From Mustelus asterias (Eukaryota), in assembly GCF_964213995.1 (NCBI RefSeq), contig NC_135808.1, forward strand, positions 108,500,001-108,564,000: a stretch of DNA of 64,000 nucleotides, given 5' to 3'. Made by a program: the position numbers and the translations under genes. This document shows positions 62,681 through 64,000 of this stretch, piece after piece; position 1 is the stretch's first letter; each line of letters starts with the position of its first letter. Under the pieces are notes generated by a model that saw only the letters and a program-made list of their open reading frames with translations, did no database searches and had not been told where the DNA came from.

Positions 62681-63611
62681 TGACACTCACAATAAATATT
62701 TAAATGAGTAATGTTTTTCCTAGAAGCATGTTAGTCACCTGAAACCCACCTCCTGCCTCCGTTAAAACCAGAAGTGGGTGGATTGGGCTTGGGTTTGCGA
62801 CGTTTTACATTTTGACGTCTCACCGAGCCAAACCCACCCATTAGAATTTCCCCACTGAGACTCCAACCCACGCAGCAATACCCTGCAGACACTTGCATTT
62901 TTCAGTTTTAACTGTTACTTCAAAGGAGATCCTATTACTTCAGTTCTAATGAACATGTTTGAGGATGGTTGAGTTGCTGTAGCAACGAGTTTTGATGGAT
63001 CCTGAATGCATGGAATAGATATAAACATCGCGTACAAGCCACAAGCCTTTTCCTTAATTACGTCAGGTCTGCCAAAGGAATCTCTGGCAAAGAGAACATA
63101 GCAATAGAATTTCAACACAAAATAAAAATATCATTGATTTTTGATAAAAAAATTTGTAGGCTAGGAGTTTGTATATGAAAAAATATTGAGAGACCTACCT
63201 ATATTCAAACTATATGATTATCAGTGAAGTGAACTCGAGTGGACACATCTACAAATGAACACAAATAGCCTACAATCTGTAGATGTTGATAAAGCAACCA
63301 GTCCCATGATTGTGTTTGTGTCCTTAATGCCAGGTGTCAATCCTTTGGGAAGGATTTCTAGGTTTCAAAGAGGGTGTAGAAGAGAGTTGCTAGAATTTTA
63401 CTAGGAATGAGCGACTTCAGTTCTGTGGATAAAATCTTAAAAGAAGCCATTTATAAGCATAACTTAAACCCAGACTGCGCATCATTGCTAACATTAGTAA
63501 CTTACTCCATGATTTGCAGAATTATTTAACTGATAACTTAAGATGCATAAGAAATAGGAGCTGGGGTAAACCATTCGGGCTTTCAAGCCTACTTTCTGTA
63601 TAATCAGATCA

Positions 63612-64000
63612 TTTTTATTTAATTCATTCGTGGGATATATGTGTTGCTGGCTGGCTTATTCCATGTCTTATTCGAAAATACTGTATATGATTTGGAGTTC
63701 ACAAATCAATCTCAGGTCTTAGCTGGTGATGTCCTGAAAACGTCAATACTACCTGATATTTCTAGAATGATTTTTATGCTAGCACTTGGTTTTGTTAGGA
63801 ACCCGTTTATGCCTTTATGCGTTGCTGCTATCTGTGGCCAGCATTTATTGCCGTTCCCTAGTTGAGGGTCAACCACCTTGCTGTGGCTCTGGGGTCACAT
63901 GGCCACAGACCAGGTAAGGATGGCTGATTTCCTTCCCTAAAAGACATTAGTGAACCTGATGGGTTTTTCTGACAATCAACAATGGTTCCATGGCCATCAG
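63612..64000 (-). mobile_element. SINE family B with a 179-bp unrelated insert
   Basis: Family match at 63612-63655 and 63835-64000. Confidence 0.8.

Noticed and set aside
1-64000. CRISPR arrays, rRNA, prokaryotic operons or viral genes
   Set aside because: No regularly spaced repeat-spacer structure or such genes were seen; the sequence is vertebrate repeat-rich DNA

Overview
Repeat-dense, apparently non-coding vertebrate DNA. It is very probably from a cartilaginous fish (shark); this is inferred from HE1-like V-SINEs with CR1/HER1-type tails, DeuSINE remnants and the CR1 families present. No host protein-coding gene could be identified with confidence, and nearly all listed ORFs are translations of transposons. 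Content: several 5'-truncated CR1 LINEs, two of them near-intact (18599-20907 and 34428-36718); a Rex1/Babar 3' end; L2 remnants; about 17 V-SINE copies with two different 3' tails; about 12 copies of a second tRNA-derived SINE; Penelope-like elements (PLEs) carrying minimal hammerhead ribozyme motifs; a decayed Charlie/Buster-type hAT transposon; a decayed two-gene Harbinger; many Harbinger-like MITEs; and two clean solo LTRs with 5-bp target-site duplications (TSDs). The most unusual structure is at 37213-39042: two inverted Penelope 3' arms inside a single 12-bp TSD, joined by a 194-bp exact copy of genomic DNA that lies about 320 bp downstream of the insertion site. Also notable are a V-SINE subfamily whose tail matches the Rex1/Babar 3' stem-loop, and a U3-A8 compensatory hammerhead variant. 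Boundaries of old repeats are approximate and all family calls were made by eye.
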